A stretch of DNA of 64,000 nt from Octopus vulgaris. Taxonomy: Eukaryota. The notes beneath the pieces are model-generated. The model had not been told where the DNA came from and searched no databases. It was given only the letters and a program-made list of their open reading frames with translations. Shown piece after piece: positions 41,463-54,807 of this stretch (its first letter is position 1; every line of letters begins with the position of its first letter). The position numbers and the translations under genes were made by a program. The stretch spans positions 45,074,001-45,138,000 of the forward strand of contig OX597830.1 in assembly GCA_951406725.2 (NCBI GenBank). The letters run 5' to 3'.

Positions 41463-43149
41463 TACATACCTATATATCTATCTATATATCGACTGACAGA
41501 CTGACTGATAGATACCTACATACATACATACATACATACATACATACATACATACATACATACATGCATACACAAACACACATTCTCTTAGGCACAGTTG
41601 TAAAAGAATATCAAAGGTAAATGAGGAGATAGTAAAAATATGGGTTTGTGTAAATATTTGATTAGCCGACAGTCCAGTGTTTCGCTCGCAACCGATTTAA
41701 AGCGTCTGAATAGCGCGTTGGTCGGTCGGTCGGTCATATAGCCGTGAATACAGGTCCTTCTAAATTAGACTAGTTTGCAGTACACAGCAGGATTTTCATC
41801 TTGGGTGATGCTCACAAATCATATATTGTCAGGTGGGAATAGTGAAATTAGAAACGTATCAATTGGCAGTTGATTGATTATATCGCTTCCAGATCAAACT
41901 GACTGTTACGTGTGTGTGTGTGTGTGTGTGTGTGTTGATGGGCTTGTTAATGATAGCCTTTGAGGTTTAATGAACGAGAAAGTGAAATACTGCAATTATA
42001 GAAAGACAAGACTAAGAAATACTAACAGTTAACGAAGGAATTCAAAATGATATTCAACTTTAACGATATAAATGTTACAAGTGACAAAAGAACTTATTTT
42101 CAAATAAAACGATAAAAACAATTTAAACGGGAATATCTGCTTTGAATTCACTTCACATACTAATATAAATACATAGATTTATTCCTGCACACGCACATAA
42201 ATATAGGTACAAATGTACAATTATTTGATTATATTAATTTATAAAATATATACATATTGCGTAATTTTCTTTATGTATATACACAGGCAAACACAAATAT
42301 ATATATACACGTTAAATATGTGTGCCTGTCTATCTATCTCTGTTTTTGTCTATCTATCTGTCCATCTCTCTCTCTCTACATACATACGGACATATAATAA
42401 ACGTACACCAATATAGGTGTGTATGTATATATATATTGTATACTAATATATGTGTCTGTGTGCGTGCGTGCGTGCGTGCGCGCATGAGTATGTGTATATA
42501 TACATGTGTACGTATACACGTATATTATGTGTGCATATAGAAATATATATATACACATATATAAACATATACACACACATAAATATATATACACACACGC
42601 ACACAACTCATGCACACATTCATATTCCTATATTAAGTTATACATGCATACATAGAATATATATCCTTATCTGTACATTACAGCAACCATTGGGTTTAAT
42701 TAAATATGATTTTCTCAATCCTAATATATATATTTTGGCGATTGCTTTAATCAAAAAGAGATGTCTTCCACAATAATTCCGTCCTTCACTTCGTTATTTC
42801 TTGGCTATTTTATCTGAACACAGATGTTTACCCAAAAAATGGCGACGACTACACAGTTATCTACAATTGTACCACTTCCATCGCAATTCGTGGCAATAAT
42901 ATTCAGAATCTTTACAATAATAAAATAATTATCATAATTTCAATCTTGTGAATCTGTTTACATAAAGATCAAAACGTTAGCAGCCAGTCAATAAGCTCGC
43001 ACTGTCCTGGCCATTTGACTGTCAGATACCAAGACTAGATCGAATAAACGTAGCTACTTCTATTCTGGAGCGTATGTGTATGAGTATGGGCAATATATAC
43101 ACACATGCGCTGCATGTATAAACTGAAATGATTATAAATGTATCTATCT

Positions 43150-43299
<150 letters not shown>

Positions 43300-43449
43300 C
43301 ATGAAAGCTTGTATAGTATTATATTTTACTCTCATGTTATATTTGTATATGTTTCTGTACGTGTGTATTTGTGTTCATGTGTACGTATTTATCATAAATA
43401 TGTATCATACGCCCATGTATATGCTTTGTATATACGTACACACACACAT

Positions 43450-43490
<41 letters not shown>

Positions 43491-43514
43491 CATACATACA
43501 TACACGCACATGTA

Positions 43515-43548
<34 letters not shown>

Positions 43549-43555
43549 TCTATGG

Positions 43556-43671
43556 GTGTGTGGTAAGTAGCTTGTTTACCAACCACATGGTTGCGGGTTC
43601 AGTCCCACTGCGTGGCACCTTGGGCAAGTGTCTTCTACTATAGCCTCGGGCCGACCAAAGCCTTGTGAGTG
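43556..43671 (+). mobile_element. SINE family B 5' fragment
   Basis: gtgtggtaagtagcttg...gggttcagtcccactgcgtggc. Confidence 0.8.
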
Positions 43672-43811
43672 GAAAATTCAACAAAACCTGTTACTCTTGA
43701 GTAACAGGTTTTGTTGAATTTTCTGCTGCTTTAAATAAAGCATATTACTCTACCACTGGTATTTCAGTACTCTTTTTTCCACCTTGTTTCACATTTATGT
43801 GTTTACTCCGG

Positions 43812-43845
<34 letters not shown>

Positions 43846-44516
43846 TACATACATGTAATGTACATAAATACATATATACTTGTATGTACATGCTTAGCAT
43901 AACAAACAAAATATATAGATACGTTTTTACAACATTACTGCTTTTAAGACATTATATACAGGCCTACACACGCACATACATATGTACCTACATGTAATAA
44001 ATGAACATGGTCGTCACCTGTTGAATAACAGTCCTCCCCCCACCAGACAGAAACCGCCCCACGTTTTAGATCAGCTTATATTAGATTGCATATTTAACTA
44101 CTGCCGAACAGAACTCAAATGCTTGAAGAGAGGTAATGTAGCTTGACACAACATGAACACGATTAATTTCGGAATATCATCGACCAATAAGAGTTCGTGA
44201 ATATTTTGAAATACTTATATAAACACAGATACATCCACAAATGCATATACATATAAAGGCACATACAGGCAGACATACAAGTAATTTTGGTGGCACAAAC
44301 AAGACAAATACCACTCAATGCGTAATAGGAGTTATAGAGTTTGATAAATGCAGGGCAGGAAACTCTGGAGCCCTGAGTTACTTATGTAGCTTTACTGTTA
44401 AATATAATGTAATATAATAATATAACATAATTCTGTTTCGTGCTGAGAGTGGGAGAGAAAATACTCGATAACGTAGTAGTTAGTGATTAATAATTGCTTT
44501 CATTTTGGTCGAGTCC

Positions 44517-44572
44517 GTCTCTCACCTGAAGAGCCTGTGTGCCCACAGGCGAAACTCGGACTAGCAAGAGAC
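44517..44572 (+). ncRNA. Hammerhead ribozyme-like motif
   Basis: CTGAAGA (44526-44532), GCCTGTG-tgcc-CACAGGC, GAAAC, with flanking gtctc/gagac. Cleavage triplet region is degenerate. Confidence 0.55.
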
Positions 44573-44659
44573 TAAATTCACCAAAACAAAAGTATATACA
44601 CATACATGCGCGCGCGCACACACAAACACATGTACGTATGCATTGTTTTATTGTTTAAT

Positions 44660-44839
44660 TGTTTTATTTGTTCCAGTCATTTGACTGTGGCTATGCTGGA
44701 GCACCGCCTTGAACGGTTTTAGGCGAAAACATTGACCCCAGGACTTTTTTTAAAGCCTAATACTTATTCATTCGGTCTGTTTTGCCTAACTGCTACGCTA
44801 GGGGACGTAAACACCAGTTGTGAAGCGGTGGCAACGGGG

Positions 44840-44889
<50 letters not shown>

Positions 44890-45320
44890 ACACATACACA
44901 CACATACATATATACGTGTGTGTGTGTGTGTGTATACATACATAAGAATAACTTATAATAACTTAGAAAGGTTTTGGCCAGTATTGGCCCAGGCCATGTC
45001 TAACTTAATAGCACCACCTGGCGAAGTCTTTCAATTCAGGATTTGGGCACCAAGGCCCATTCGAGCAGAGAGTTATTGTTTGCAGAGACATATCCGGGTG
45101 TGGGTGGTTTGTCCGGGACTGTTTGAAGGAATTTGTCCAAAGACTTCTTGAATTTTGTGTGTGGACTTCTTTCAGTTTCCGTTTATCAAATCCACTCACA
45201 AGGCTTTAATCGACCCGAAGCTATAGTAGAAGACACCTGCCCAAGGTGTCACGAAGTGCGAATGAACTCGGGAGCATATGGGTTGGGAAGCAAGCTTCTT
45301 AAGATAGAAACACGCCTGCG
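44660..45320 (-). mobile_element. SINE family B copy interrupted by a CR1-group LINE 3' end (~44945-45160)
   Basis: SINE tail 44660-44840 and head 45160-45320; the insert is homologous to 18410-18600. Confidence 0.7.
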
Positions 45321-45560
45321 ATTGAGGGAGGGATGCGCGCGCGAGCGCGTGTGTATGTGTTTGCATGTATGTATGTATATTTATGTTGTAAAGTTGAATC
45401 TATACACAGTTTATTTATTAAAGTTTTGAGCTGACAGCTTCCGTGTCATATGACATTTGAAGAAGCCTGAACAGGGTGAAACTCTCAGCAAACGTATCTA
45501 CTTGATTCTTTATGTTGAATACTCTCTAAATTGCAACAAACAAGCATTTGGCAGATCTCT

Positions 45561-45968
45561 CTCTTTACTCTTTTACTCTTTTACTTGTTTCAGTCATTTG
45601 ACTGCGGCCATGCTAGAGCACCGCCTTTAGTCGATCAAATCGACCCCGGGACTTATTCTCTGTAAGCCCAGTACTTATTCTATCGGTCTCTTTTGCCGAA
45701 CCGCTAAGTGACGGGGACGTAAACACACCAGCATCGGTTGTCAAGCAATGCTAGGGGGACAAACACAGACACACACATATATATATAAATATATATACAT
45801 ATATACGACAGGCTGCTTTCAGTTCCCGTCTACCAAATTCACTCACAAGACATTGGTCGGCCCGGGGCTATAGCAGAAGACACTTGCCCAAGATGCCACG
45901 CAGTGGGACTGAACCCGCAACCATGTGGTTGGTTAGCAAGCTACTTACCACACAGTCACTCCTGCGCC
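45561..45968 (-). mobile_element. SINE family B, full length
   Basis: Complete head to (GAGTAAAA)n tail. Confidence 0.88.
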
Positions 45969-45994
45969 TATTATTTTTCTTTTAATTGAACATT

Positions 45995-46390
45995 CTTTTC
46001 TACTCTAGGCACAACGCCTGGAATTTTGGGGGAGGGGGCCAGTCGATTAGGTCGACCCCAGTACGCAACTGGTACTTAATTCATCAACCCCGAAAGGATA
46101 AAAGGTAAAGTCGACCTCAGCGGAATTTGAACTCAGAATGTAAAGATAGACGAAATACCTATTTCTTTACTACCCACAAGGGGCTAAACACAGAGAGGAC
46201 AAACAAGGACAGACAAACGGATCAAGTCCATTAGATCGACCCCAGTGCGCAACTGGTACTTAATTTATTGACCCCGAAAGGACAAAAGGCAAAGTCGACC
46301 TCGGCGGAATTTGAACTCGGAACGTAACAGCAGACGAAATACTGCTTAGCATTTCGCCCGGCGTGCAAACATTTCTGCCAGCTCGCCGCC
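45995..46390 (-). mobile_element. Dimeric SINE family A (head-core-tail1-core-tail2)
   Basis: Two cores, junction at ~46149-46170. TSD ttcttttaattgaacatt (45977-45994) / ttcttttaatttgaacatt (46391-46409). Confidence 0.88.
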
Positions 46391-46529
46391 TTCTTTTAAT
46401 TTGAACATTGTTAAATGCATATATGTACGTATGTCTGTTTGCCTGTCTGTATGTCATATGATTTCTTGTCAATATAACATCTTTTCGATTTGCATCCGTC
46501 ATCTCATGGCATACACCCTCGCACATACT

Positions 46530-46602
<73 letters not shown>

Positions 46603-46837
46603 TGCGTTGCGTGTGTACGTATATAACTGAACCTCTTTTGACTTTGGGTATATTGCAGCTGTTTGGTTTGGTAAAACTCGTTGAATGATAGGGTACGTGG
46701 ATGAATATTCTACAGGTTGTTAACTGAAGTTTCAAGCAGAGTTACTGTGACAGTGCTGGCCGGTGGAATAATCGGTATGATTCATCTGATGGGCTTCCTC
46801 GCACTTTCCATCGACCCATTTTCGCATACAAGTTTTA

Positions 46838-46891
<54 letters not shown>

Positions 46892-48589
46892 CGTACTTCT
46901 CTGCGTTGTCATACGATGGGATCAAATCTGAGATCTCGCGAAACGAATTTTTTTAATCCCATGCATGCAAATATGCATTTGCGCGTACACTCACACGCAC
47001 GCGCGCGCATTCAAACTCGAAATGTCTTACCAAAAGACACTGGACTTTCCAAACCAGTAAAACCGTTACTGTACAAATGCACTGAATATTTCCTTTGAGG
47101 TAATCGCACTCAAGTACAGTTTACATAATCTTAGTTTAGTTGCTCTCTCCGAACGATCCCTTTCTTCCACTCGCTGAACTCTTTGATCCGATACTATTGC
47201 GAGCATTGACCTCGTGTCTCACATGTACGAGAGCTCCAACCTCTCATGGCTTTTAACATATTGTCTAAGGCTTGAAAATGCTTAGCACGCTGCCAGCGCT
47301 GCATAATTATTGTGCGGCCCTGTTAATTCATGGCCAACTCATTTCAATTTACTTCTTCTTAGTACATCGATACGATACACGTGAAAAAAGTTTTTCTTTA
47401 TTTCAATGTCCGTTTCTTAATAACACTTAATATAAAGAATACTATTTAGTAGCATTTGAAAAAAATTCTTGTCTGCGTGCCACTTTGGATTTTAGGGACA
47501 CGCTTCCGAGGCATAGGTTGCGATAGAGAGAATAAAGATTGAGATCCCGCCAATTCCAGCATAAGCTTTGTGAGATGTTCTACTTCAGAACTGTCTTCTG
47601 TGATCATTTATTTGCTTGATCAAACAATGTTACACTCCGTACCATTTACTTCCATGCACTTTGTATATGCTTTGGCTAACTGAGCGACAAGCAAAAATAA
47701 ATTGGTTGCCATGAAACAACTATTGAGTGATCATCGGAGAATTTCAATGCTTAAGTTAAAGACTAATGCAAAAGCCGGCTAAGTGGGACAGAAAATATGT
47801 TTTCGGAGCAACAAACGAAAGAGGAATGGAGCTGCTACAGTTTTGTAGAATAAATGGCCTCATGGTGATAAATATCTCGTTCCACCACTCAATATATATA
47901 TAAAAAAGTTAACATGGGTTTCACTATAATCAGTGATTCAGGTAGCCATCTTTCAAAAGCAGAAGAGCATACTACTCAATTAAGATAGGTTTTGATTATT
48001 CTGTTCTTAGCCAAACGTTTGTAAATAGCAAAGAAGAGAAAAGATTAATGATGCCAAAACAATATGATGAGTATAAAATCTGAAATATATACAGAGGAGT
48101 CGCTTTCACACCTTCGCTATGGCTGCAAACTGATGTCAATAGACAAAGTGTATGTGTCTTTCAAAGAAAAAGAAAAAACAACAACTAAAGAAAATGTCAG
48201 CTTTAGAGAAATATTGAAAACAAGTAACGAGTTTGCTATCAGAATAGAGACAGTCATTGAGCAGAGGCGAAAAGCCAGAATAGAGCAGAAATACTGGAAA
48301 ACCCAGATGATATTATCAAAGTAGAACGATAAAAGAACTTAACAAAGCAGTCAAACAGCAGTGAAAATACAAAAGAACTAGAACTTACAAAGGAAGAAAA
48401 AAAAACTACTAAAAGCTGACTTTAAGAACAATTATAGTTACATCCTTTTCAAGACAGTTTTTAAAAAGGAGGGAAAGCAAATAAAAACGCACCACGCAAT
48501 AAAAGAAAAAGACAGTTACATACATATACACACATGTACATACGTACGTACGTACGTATGTATGTATGTATGTATGTATGTATGTATGT

Positions 48590-49697
48590 CATTATTCAGT
48601 TTATTTCAAGATTTCTTGCCAATAAAGAACCGGGTTCGAACCTAGATCTAAGGCTCCTTCATTGAAATTTCAACATCAACAACAGGGTATTTTTGTATGT
48701 ATGTATATATGTGCAGATTTGTATGTTTTATGTGCGTATTCTCATGCATATAGTTGCATATCTAGACATGCTCATATATATTTAAACTATAAACTTCTGG
48801 AAAGTTTTACAAATTTTTACAGTTCCAGTGATGGATTAGATCTGTAGTCTTCGAATTAGCTTTCTCCTTTCTGGTTTTGAGAAGCCTAATTTCTCAAGAT
48901 TGGTATTTAGGCAGTGTGTTACATATCCCGGGGCTCCTATGATTACAGGTATAAACCTGAACTTGTAATCTGGATAGAGTAACGGCAGAGTTATCAATAG
49001 TTCAGCATAGGTGTTCTCTTTTTCACCCATCTTCATCTTTATGTTAACATCTGCCGGGCAGCTAATTTCCACAACTGTGCACAGTTTCTCTTCTCTATCC
49101 CAAATCGTTATATCAGGTGTGTTTTGCTTACATTTCATTGAGGTTTACACTGGGACATTCCACCAGTATTCTTTTTATTATGAGTGGCTATGGCATCTAC
49201 TATATTGTGGTTCTTATTTCGTTGTCCTCGGGATTATCCTTCCTACGGATTTCATTATAGAGTGTCCTAGCTAAAACATCATATCTCATCGGTAGATAAC
49301 AACGTGATGACATTTTCAGACAATTTCTTATGATGTGGGTGATATCTTCTGTGTGAACTCCAAAAAGTCTGCCTCGGTTGTCACATTTTACTGCCTTGCC
49401 TGCATCTCTCTCTCTCCCTTTTGTGTATCAAGTACTTGGTGGATATTTTTTGCTCCTGGATTGCAAACGCATACCCTTCAAAGTGGGAGGTAGTAATTCG
49501 GCTATTGGTCCATGATAGACTGCTTTGATGATTGATGTTACTATCACCACGGAGCTTTCTACTAATATATCCATGCATAATATAGGCTCTTCCTTTCATC
49601 TGATGATAGGTTGCGGTAGAGTCGTGCAACTTCTTTGGGTATGTATTCTAGGTTATCAGACAAAGAGTATTGCTCAAGGAGCTGCCTTCCAAGTCTT
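48590..49697 (-). mobile_element. RLE-type (R4/Dong-like) non-LTR retrotransposon 3' fragment
   Basis: TPDITIWDREEKLCTVVEISCP...KENTY is a PD-(D/E)xK-type nuclease; EGYAFAIQEQ upstream; (TATG)n on both sides. Confidence 0.82.
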
Positions 49698-50268
49698 ATG
49701 TATGTATGTAGGTATGTATGTATGTATGTATGTATGTATACACGCATGCATATACACACGTAAGCGTCGGTGTTTGTCTTGAAATAAAAATTGTTTATCA
49801 AAAAAAGTTTTGTTATATTTGTCTGGAAGATCCAGTTACAACATGGACAAATGCAAAAGCAGATAATCCGGGGTCTGAGGTGCCGTTAGGCTAAAAACAA
49901 GGATTGATCAAGAAAGGAGCCGTAGGGAATACTCGAAGTTGAAATGGATTATTTGAGCAGAAGTGTTAGAGTAAGGCACTGATTGAAACGTTACCCATTC
50001 ACGTTAGACTCGATTTTCTTTGTCCTTCGGCTTTTCTTTAATCTGTCTATGTCTTTCTTTTTCTCTCTCTTTCATTCACACACACACTTTCTCTCTCTCT
50101 TGCCCCCCCCCCCCCACACAGTATTTATTTGGAATGCTGCTTTTATTAAAAACTCCACATTTAAAAGTCATATTTGTGAAAAGTCAGTATGCTGTTTCAA
50201 ATACCAAGCAAGTAGAAAATAACTTATTCTTTGTTTTACATTTGGATTTCTTTATATTTTTAAATCAT

Positions 50269-50499
50269 AAGGCGGTGATCTGGCAGAAACGTTAGCATGC
50301 CGGGCGAAATGCGTAGCCGTATTTCGTCTGTCGTTACGTTCTGAGTTAAATTCTGCCGAGGTCGACTTTGCCTTTCATCCTTTCGGGGTCGATAAATTAA
50401 TACCAGTTGTGCACTGGAGTCGATGTAATCGACTTAATCCCTTTGTCTGTCCTTGTTTGTTCCCTCTGTGTTTAGCCCCTTGTGGGTAGTAAAGAAATA
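50269..50499 (+). mobile_element. SINE family A, intact monomer with the Tx1-like tail
   Basis: Perfect 16-bp TSD tatatttttaaatcat at 50253-50268 and 50500-50515. Confidence 0.92.
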
Positions 50500-50619
50500 T
50501 ATATTTTTAAATCATTCAAGATTTATGCTTTCTAGACTGGACTCTTAATTTTTATGATGTATGAATATATTTCAAATATAAAAGTCAACAGTCCAATTTG
50601 TAGAGTATGGTACCTGAAT

Positions 50620-51060
50620 ATTTTAGAAGAACAGAGAAACGACGAGCTTATCCAAACGGGGTACGGATCTGGTCATACTGTAGTAATTTGATGTTAACGC
50701 TGTTAACGAGATTCTCAATTCTCTTGGAGCCATTAATGTTTACCTATCAATCTGCAAGTGGCAATAGCGAGTATCTATTATGTTGCTACGAATGTCGGAT
50801 GAACTAAAATTTTGTAACGATACAAGACAAGCTGTCAAAACTCTTATCATTATGACTGGTTGGAGCAGAGAATGTTTTCCTTCCACGCGTTGCTCTAAGC
50901 CCATCAGACACGCCATTTTAGTTCAAGCAAATACGGTTTCCAGTGACATTGTCTTTTTCTATGACCCTCAACGTATCTCAGGAATAGTCACTCAGATTTG
51001 CTGAAGCTGAACTAACGAGTTGGTGCTTCTCTCATAGTCAGCTGTATTTAGTTGAGCCAA
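50620..51060 (+). pseudogene. Helitron PIF1-like helicase C-terminal relic
   Basis: Hand translation gives SIMLLRMSDELKFCNDTR, then VFLPRVALSPSDTPF*FKQIRFPVTLSFSMTLNVSQE*SL...CFSHSQLYL, matching the PIF1/Helitron motifs (QFP..LAFAMTINKSQG, FSHGQLY). Confidence 0.8.
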
Positions 51061-51811
51061 ATCAAGAATAAAAAAGATGTTTTGCACCCAAGAGCTCTGT
51101 GTAAAACACATTTCTGTTAAAAATGTTCTGTTTTCCACATCAAGAATTACACGAAAATGTATAAAGTAAAACATAAAAAGCCGTGTTTTCTTAAGTCATA
51201 AAAATTAACAATAAACACAGTTTCATAATCTTTGCACAAAATAGAAATCTGGGAAACTTTAATTGTAGACATGTTTGTGCATTATACTGTATGTAATACT
51301 AATGAAACTTGCAGTAAGTTGAATCCTTCAAGTTGAAAATGTTTCTTCATATTCAGCAGGTACCTCTGCTGCTAATGGGTGCGTGCGCGAAGGAAGGGTG
51401 TAATTAGTGGAAGGAAATGGCGAAAGTTTTGGACATGCCCTTATTTTGAAAAATGATCTGGGGAATGAATGTAGGGTATAGAACTGAGAATCGATTAAAG
51501 ATAGATATGTAAAATCTGTTTGGATACATAGGCATGCGCACGCATGCATCCATACATTTATACATACATGCACACATACATGCACACACACACACACACA
51601 CGCACACACATATTGACTCGCACAAACATACATGCATATATACATACATGCGCACATACATAATGCAGGCATATATACGTACACACATACATATACATAT
51701 ACACAAACAAACAACCATTCATACGCACACACAAAAGCTTCATCGCTGGAAGGACAGATCAGTAACATACTCCTAGATACACTTTTCCTGAAATAAAGAC
51801 CGAACAACCAG

Positions 51812-52027
51812 ATTCGTTTCTATTCTAGGAACAAGGCCCGAAATTTTGGGGCAAGGGGCCAGTCGATTAGATCGATCTCAGTACGCAACTGGTATTTGAT
51901 TTATCGACCCCGAAAGGATGAAAGGCAAAGTCGACCTCGGCGGAATTTGAACTCGGAACGTAACAGCAGACGAAATACTGGTAAGCATTTCGCCCGGCGC
52001 GCTAACGATTCTGCCAGCTCGTCGCCT
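51812..52027 (-). mobile_element. SINE family A monomer with the alternative tail
   Basis: Same head and core as 50269-50499; tail ...aaaatttcgggccttgttcctagaatagaaac. Confidence 0.88.
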
Positions 52028-52139
52028 CACCGCGCGGCCAGATTATAGATCATAGGTTTACTCATTGAGAGTACAACTGCGGCTAAGCAGCAGCAGCAGA
52101 AACTACAAGTTCACTCCCAAAGACCACTTAGACCCGAAA

Positions 52140-52184
<45 letters not shown>

Positions 52185-52224
52185 CATCTATCTATCTATC
52201 ATATATATGTGTGTGTGTGTGCGT

Positions 52225-52281
<57 letters not shown>

Positions 52282-52406
52282 TTGGGTTGTAATTTGCTTA
52301 TTCCAGTAATCCAAATAATATTTAGATATTGTATTTGTGTGAGGTATGCTGTAAAATATTTTTGCTGATTAAATCATATATTTAAACAAGAGACTGAACA
52401 AAATGT

Positions 52407-52664
52407 TTTGGTATTATCTATTCATTATTACACATGTTTCATTTGCCAATGGGAGTTGCAAAATTGTACATTTAGCAAAATTCTGTAAGATATCACCCTC
52501 TAGAAATTCTTCAAACATAGAATCAAATAATATTAACTGATTCTCTATCTGAAGAATTTCTAATATGAGTTATTTAGTTACCTTACATAGTTATCTAACA
52601 TGTAAAATTTCGTAACTCCTACTAGCAAATGAAACACGTGTACTGGAAAATAAATAATACCAAA
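52407..52664. mobile_element. Diverged fold-back element with a hammerhead core
   Basis: Imperfect inverted arms around a loop at ~52526-52537; CTGAAGA (52549-52555)...GAAA-CACGTG-TA (52631-52642). Confidence 0.7.
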
Positions 52665-52685
52665 GACTCCTGTTTTATTCTATAC

Positions 52686-53220
52686 TAGGTTGTATGAAAA
52701 AGTTGCTGGACTAGTTCTGTAGCACGCAAACAGATGACCGTACACGATGGGGTGTGCAGTGAGAGCTAGCAGCGAACTTCATGAGGCAGTGTAGAAAGGA
52801 ACATTGCTGTGTTTACTTTACTAGTTGTGAAATCGAGAGTTCTACTGTGACGTTCTGAAGTGTTTGAGGGGAGGACATTCGGCGAAATCGATCGGATTTG
52901 TGCAGCGCGAAGAATTGGATTCTTCACGACGACATTGCACTGTGCCACCGAACTCTCCTTACTCGTGAGATTCTCGTCAAAAACATGGTATTGCTTCCGC
53001 ACCAGTCCTGTTCGCGAAATTTAGCACTTGTGGACTTCCATCTCTTCCCCAAGATAAAAATGCAGCTCAAAGGTCGTCGTTTTAATACTGATGTCGAGAT
53101 CCAGAGCGAATCGCAGAAGGTCCTCGACTCGCTGACGGAAAATAACTTCCAGACCGAATTCCAGAAGTAGCAGGAACGCTGGGATCGGTATACCGCTGCG
53201 CAAGGTGACAGTTTCGAAGG
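52686..53220 (+). mobile_element. Mariner relic (internally deleted)
   Basis: WILHDDIALCH...SRNLALVDFHLFPKIKMQLKGRRF is a decayed HDNA..H / SPDLAP.DF.LF. Confidence 0.78.
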
Positions 53221-53245
53221 TTTGGGGGTAGGGTGGGGTATGTGG

Positions 53246-53283
<38 letters not shown>

Positions 53284-53846
53284 CGTTATTGAGAGAGATG
53301 CAAGATAGAAGACACGAGAATTTTTATTAATGACTACAATTGTTTAGATTCATCTAGCATCGATCCCTCACTGGTGGGATACTTCACAACTGGTTCAGGA
53401 GCATCCGACGGTGTAGATGTGTCTCTTCGGGTAATAAATAAATGTAACTCATTGAAATAACTGCAAGATATCTTCTCACTTCATGTAAAGAAAATCAGCA
53501 TATTAAATGATATGGCTTCATTTATAAAGAAGATCAATAATAAATAAAAAAAAAAGATAACAGATGCAAAAAAGAAACGAATACACAATGCAGCGAAAAA
53601 GTATTAAATATAACCGTTAACGGATGTGGATATATAAACGCCCTCCCGTAGCTTGTATGGTGCATGTACACTCGCGCATACAAATATCTACGAAGATATA
53701 AACATACGCACACATGTGGTTTGGTGCACATATATTTATATAGCAAATTAAATAGCTACTTGGTGTTTATAAGAATGGGAAGGTTAGAGCTAAATTTAAT
53801 TCATCCATACCTTAAAGAGTATTATGATTATTGATTAGGTTAAAAA

Positions 53847-54605
53847 TTACATAAATTCATTACCACTACATTGTGCGAAAGTGCATTTATATGCATGTAT
53901 GCATCTTGCGAGTCTTCCAGAAATTCTATTAACGATCTTCTCATTGGTTCGCAGAATAGACAGGGATTCCTCGGAGCCGAGTCGGCATCTCCTTGAAACG
54001 ATATTATATGGTTTTACTTGCCTTACTATGGACCAAGTTATGTTATACTTAATTTTCTCTTCCTTAAGTTGCCACACAAAATCGGCCAAAGATGCTGAAT
54101 GTCTCTTGATGATTTTCTTAAAGCTGGCAACATGGTTGCGATAACGATTCTTGAATGAATCAGCCGTTCTCCCAATGTAAACATACGGTGCCCGCCTAGT
54201 GTGTATAGTACATTTATATACAAGATTTGTACTCATACAGAGGTTCATCAACGGGCATCTTGATTTTTCACTGAATAAGCATTTGTTATATTTAGTTGCA
54301 TATGTGGCAGTTCTGACTTCATTTCCCGACGTTGTTGCCGTATTAGCTATTTCACTATTATTGCTACTATCACGATATGGCCGTATCTGGTGCTTTTCAT
54401 TGTGGTTTACATCTCCTTTCTTGGTATTTTGATGTATATGTTCACTAGTTCTTGTAGATGGGGTATTGAACTGTTGTTTCATTTTACTATCATTAATGCG
54501 GTGCATCTGCTGCTCTAAGTTAATAGAGTTAGCGTAAGATACCTTCACAGTGTGTCTATTAAAAATAGCATGGCATCTATTTGATTTGGAGAAACGTTTG
54601 TCCAA
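53847..54605 (-). pseudogene. Penelope ORF C-terminus with GIY-YIG endonuclease
   Basis: IFNRHTVKVSY..CPL..NLVYKCT..YIGRTADSFKNRYRNH..SF..WQLK..WSI..CRL. Confidence 0.85.
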
Positions 54606-54691
54606 AGTGGCAAAAGATTCCTTAGCGATCTTCGTTGAAACATATGAACCGAGGATTGGGTTGCGGAACTGTTATGTTAACGAGTTATTTC

Positions 54692-54807
54692 TATTTATCA
54701 CCCGAAGAGACACATCTACACCGACGGATGCTCCTGAACCAGTTATTAAGTATCACACCCGTAAAGGATCGATGTAAGATGGATCGAAACAATTGTAGTG
54801 ATAAATA
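54692..54807 (+). ncRNA. Hammerhead ribozyme in a Penelope pseudo-LTR (U4C core variant)
   Basis: 10-bp stem I tatttatcac/gtgataaata; CCGAAGA; long stem II; GAAA-CAATTG-TA. Confidence 0.7.

Noticed and set aside
47780-47950. Possible Merlin/ISXO2-like transposase trace
   Set aside because: Only short motif resemblance across frameshifts; needs a profile search.
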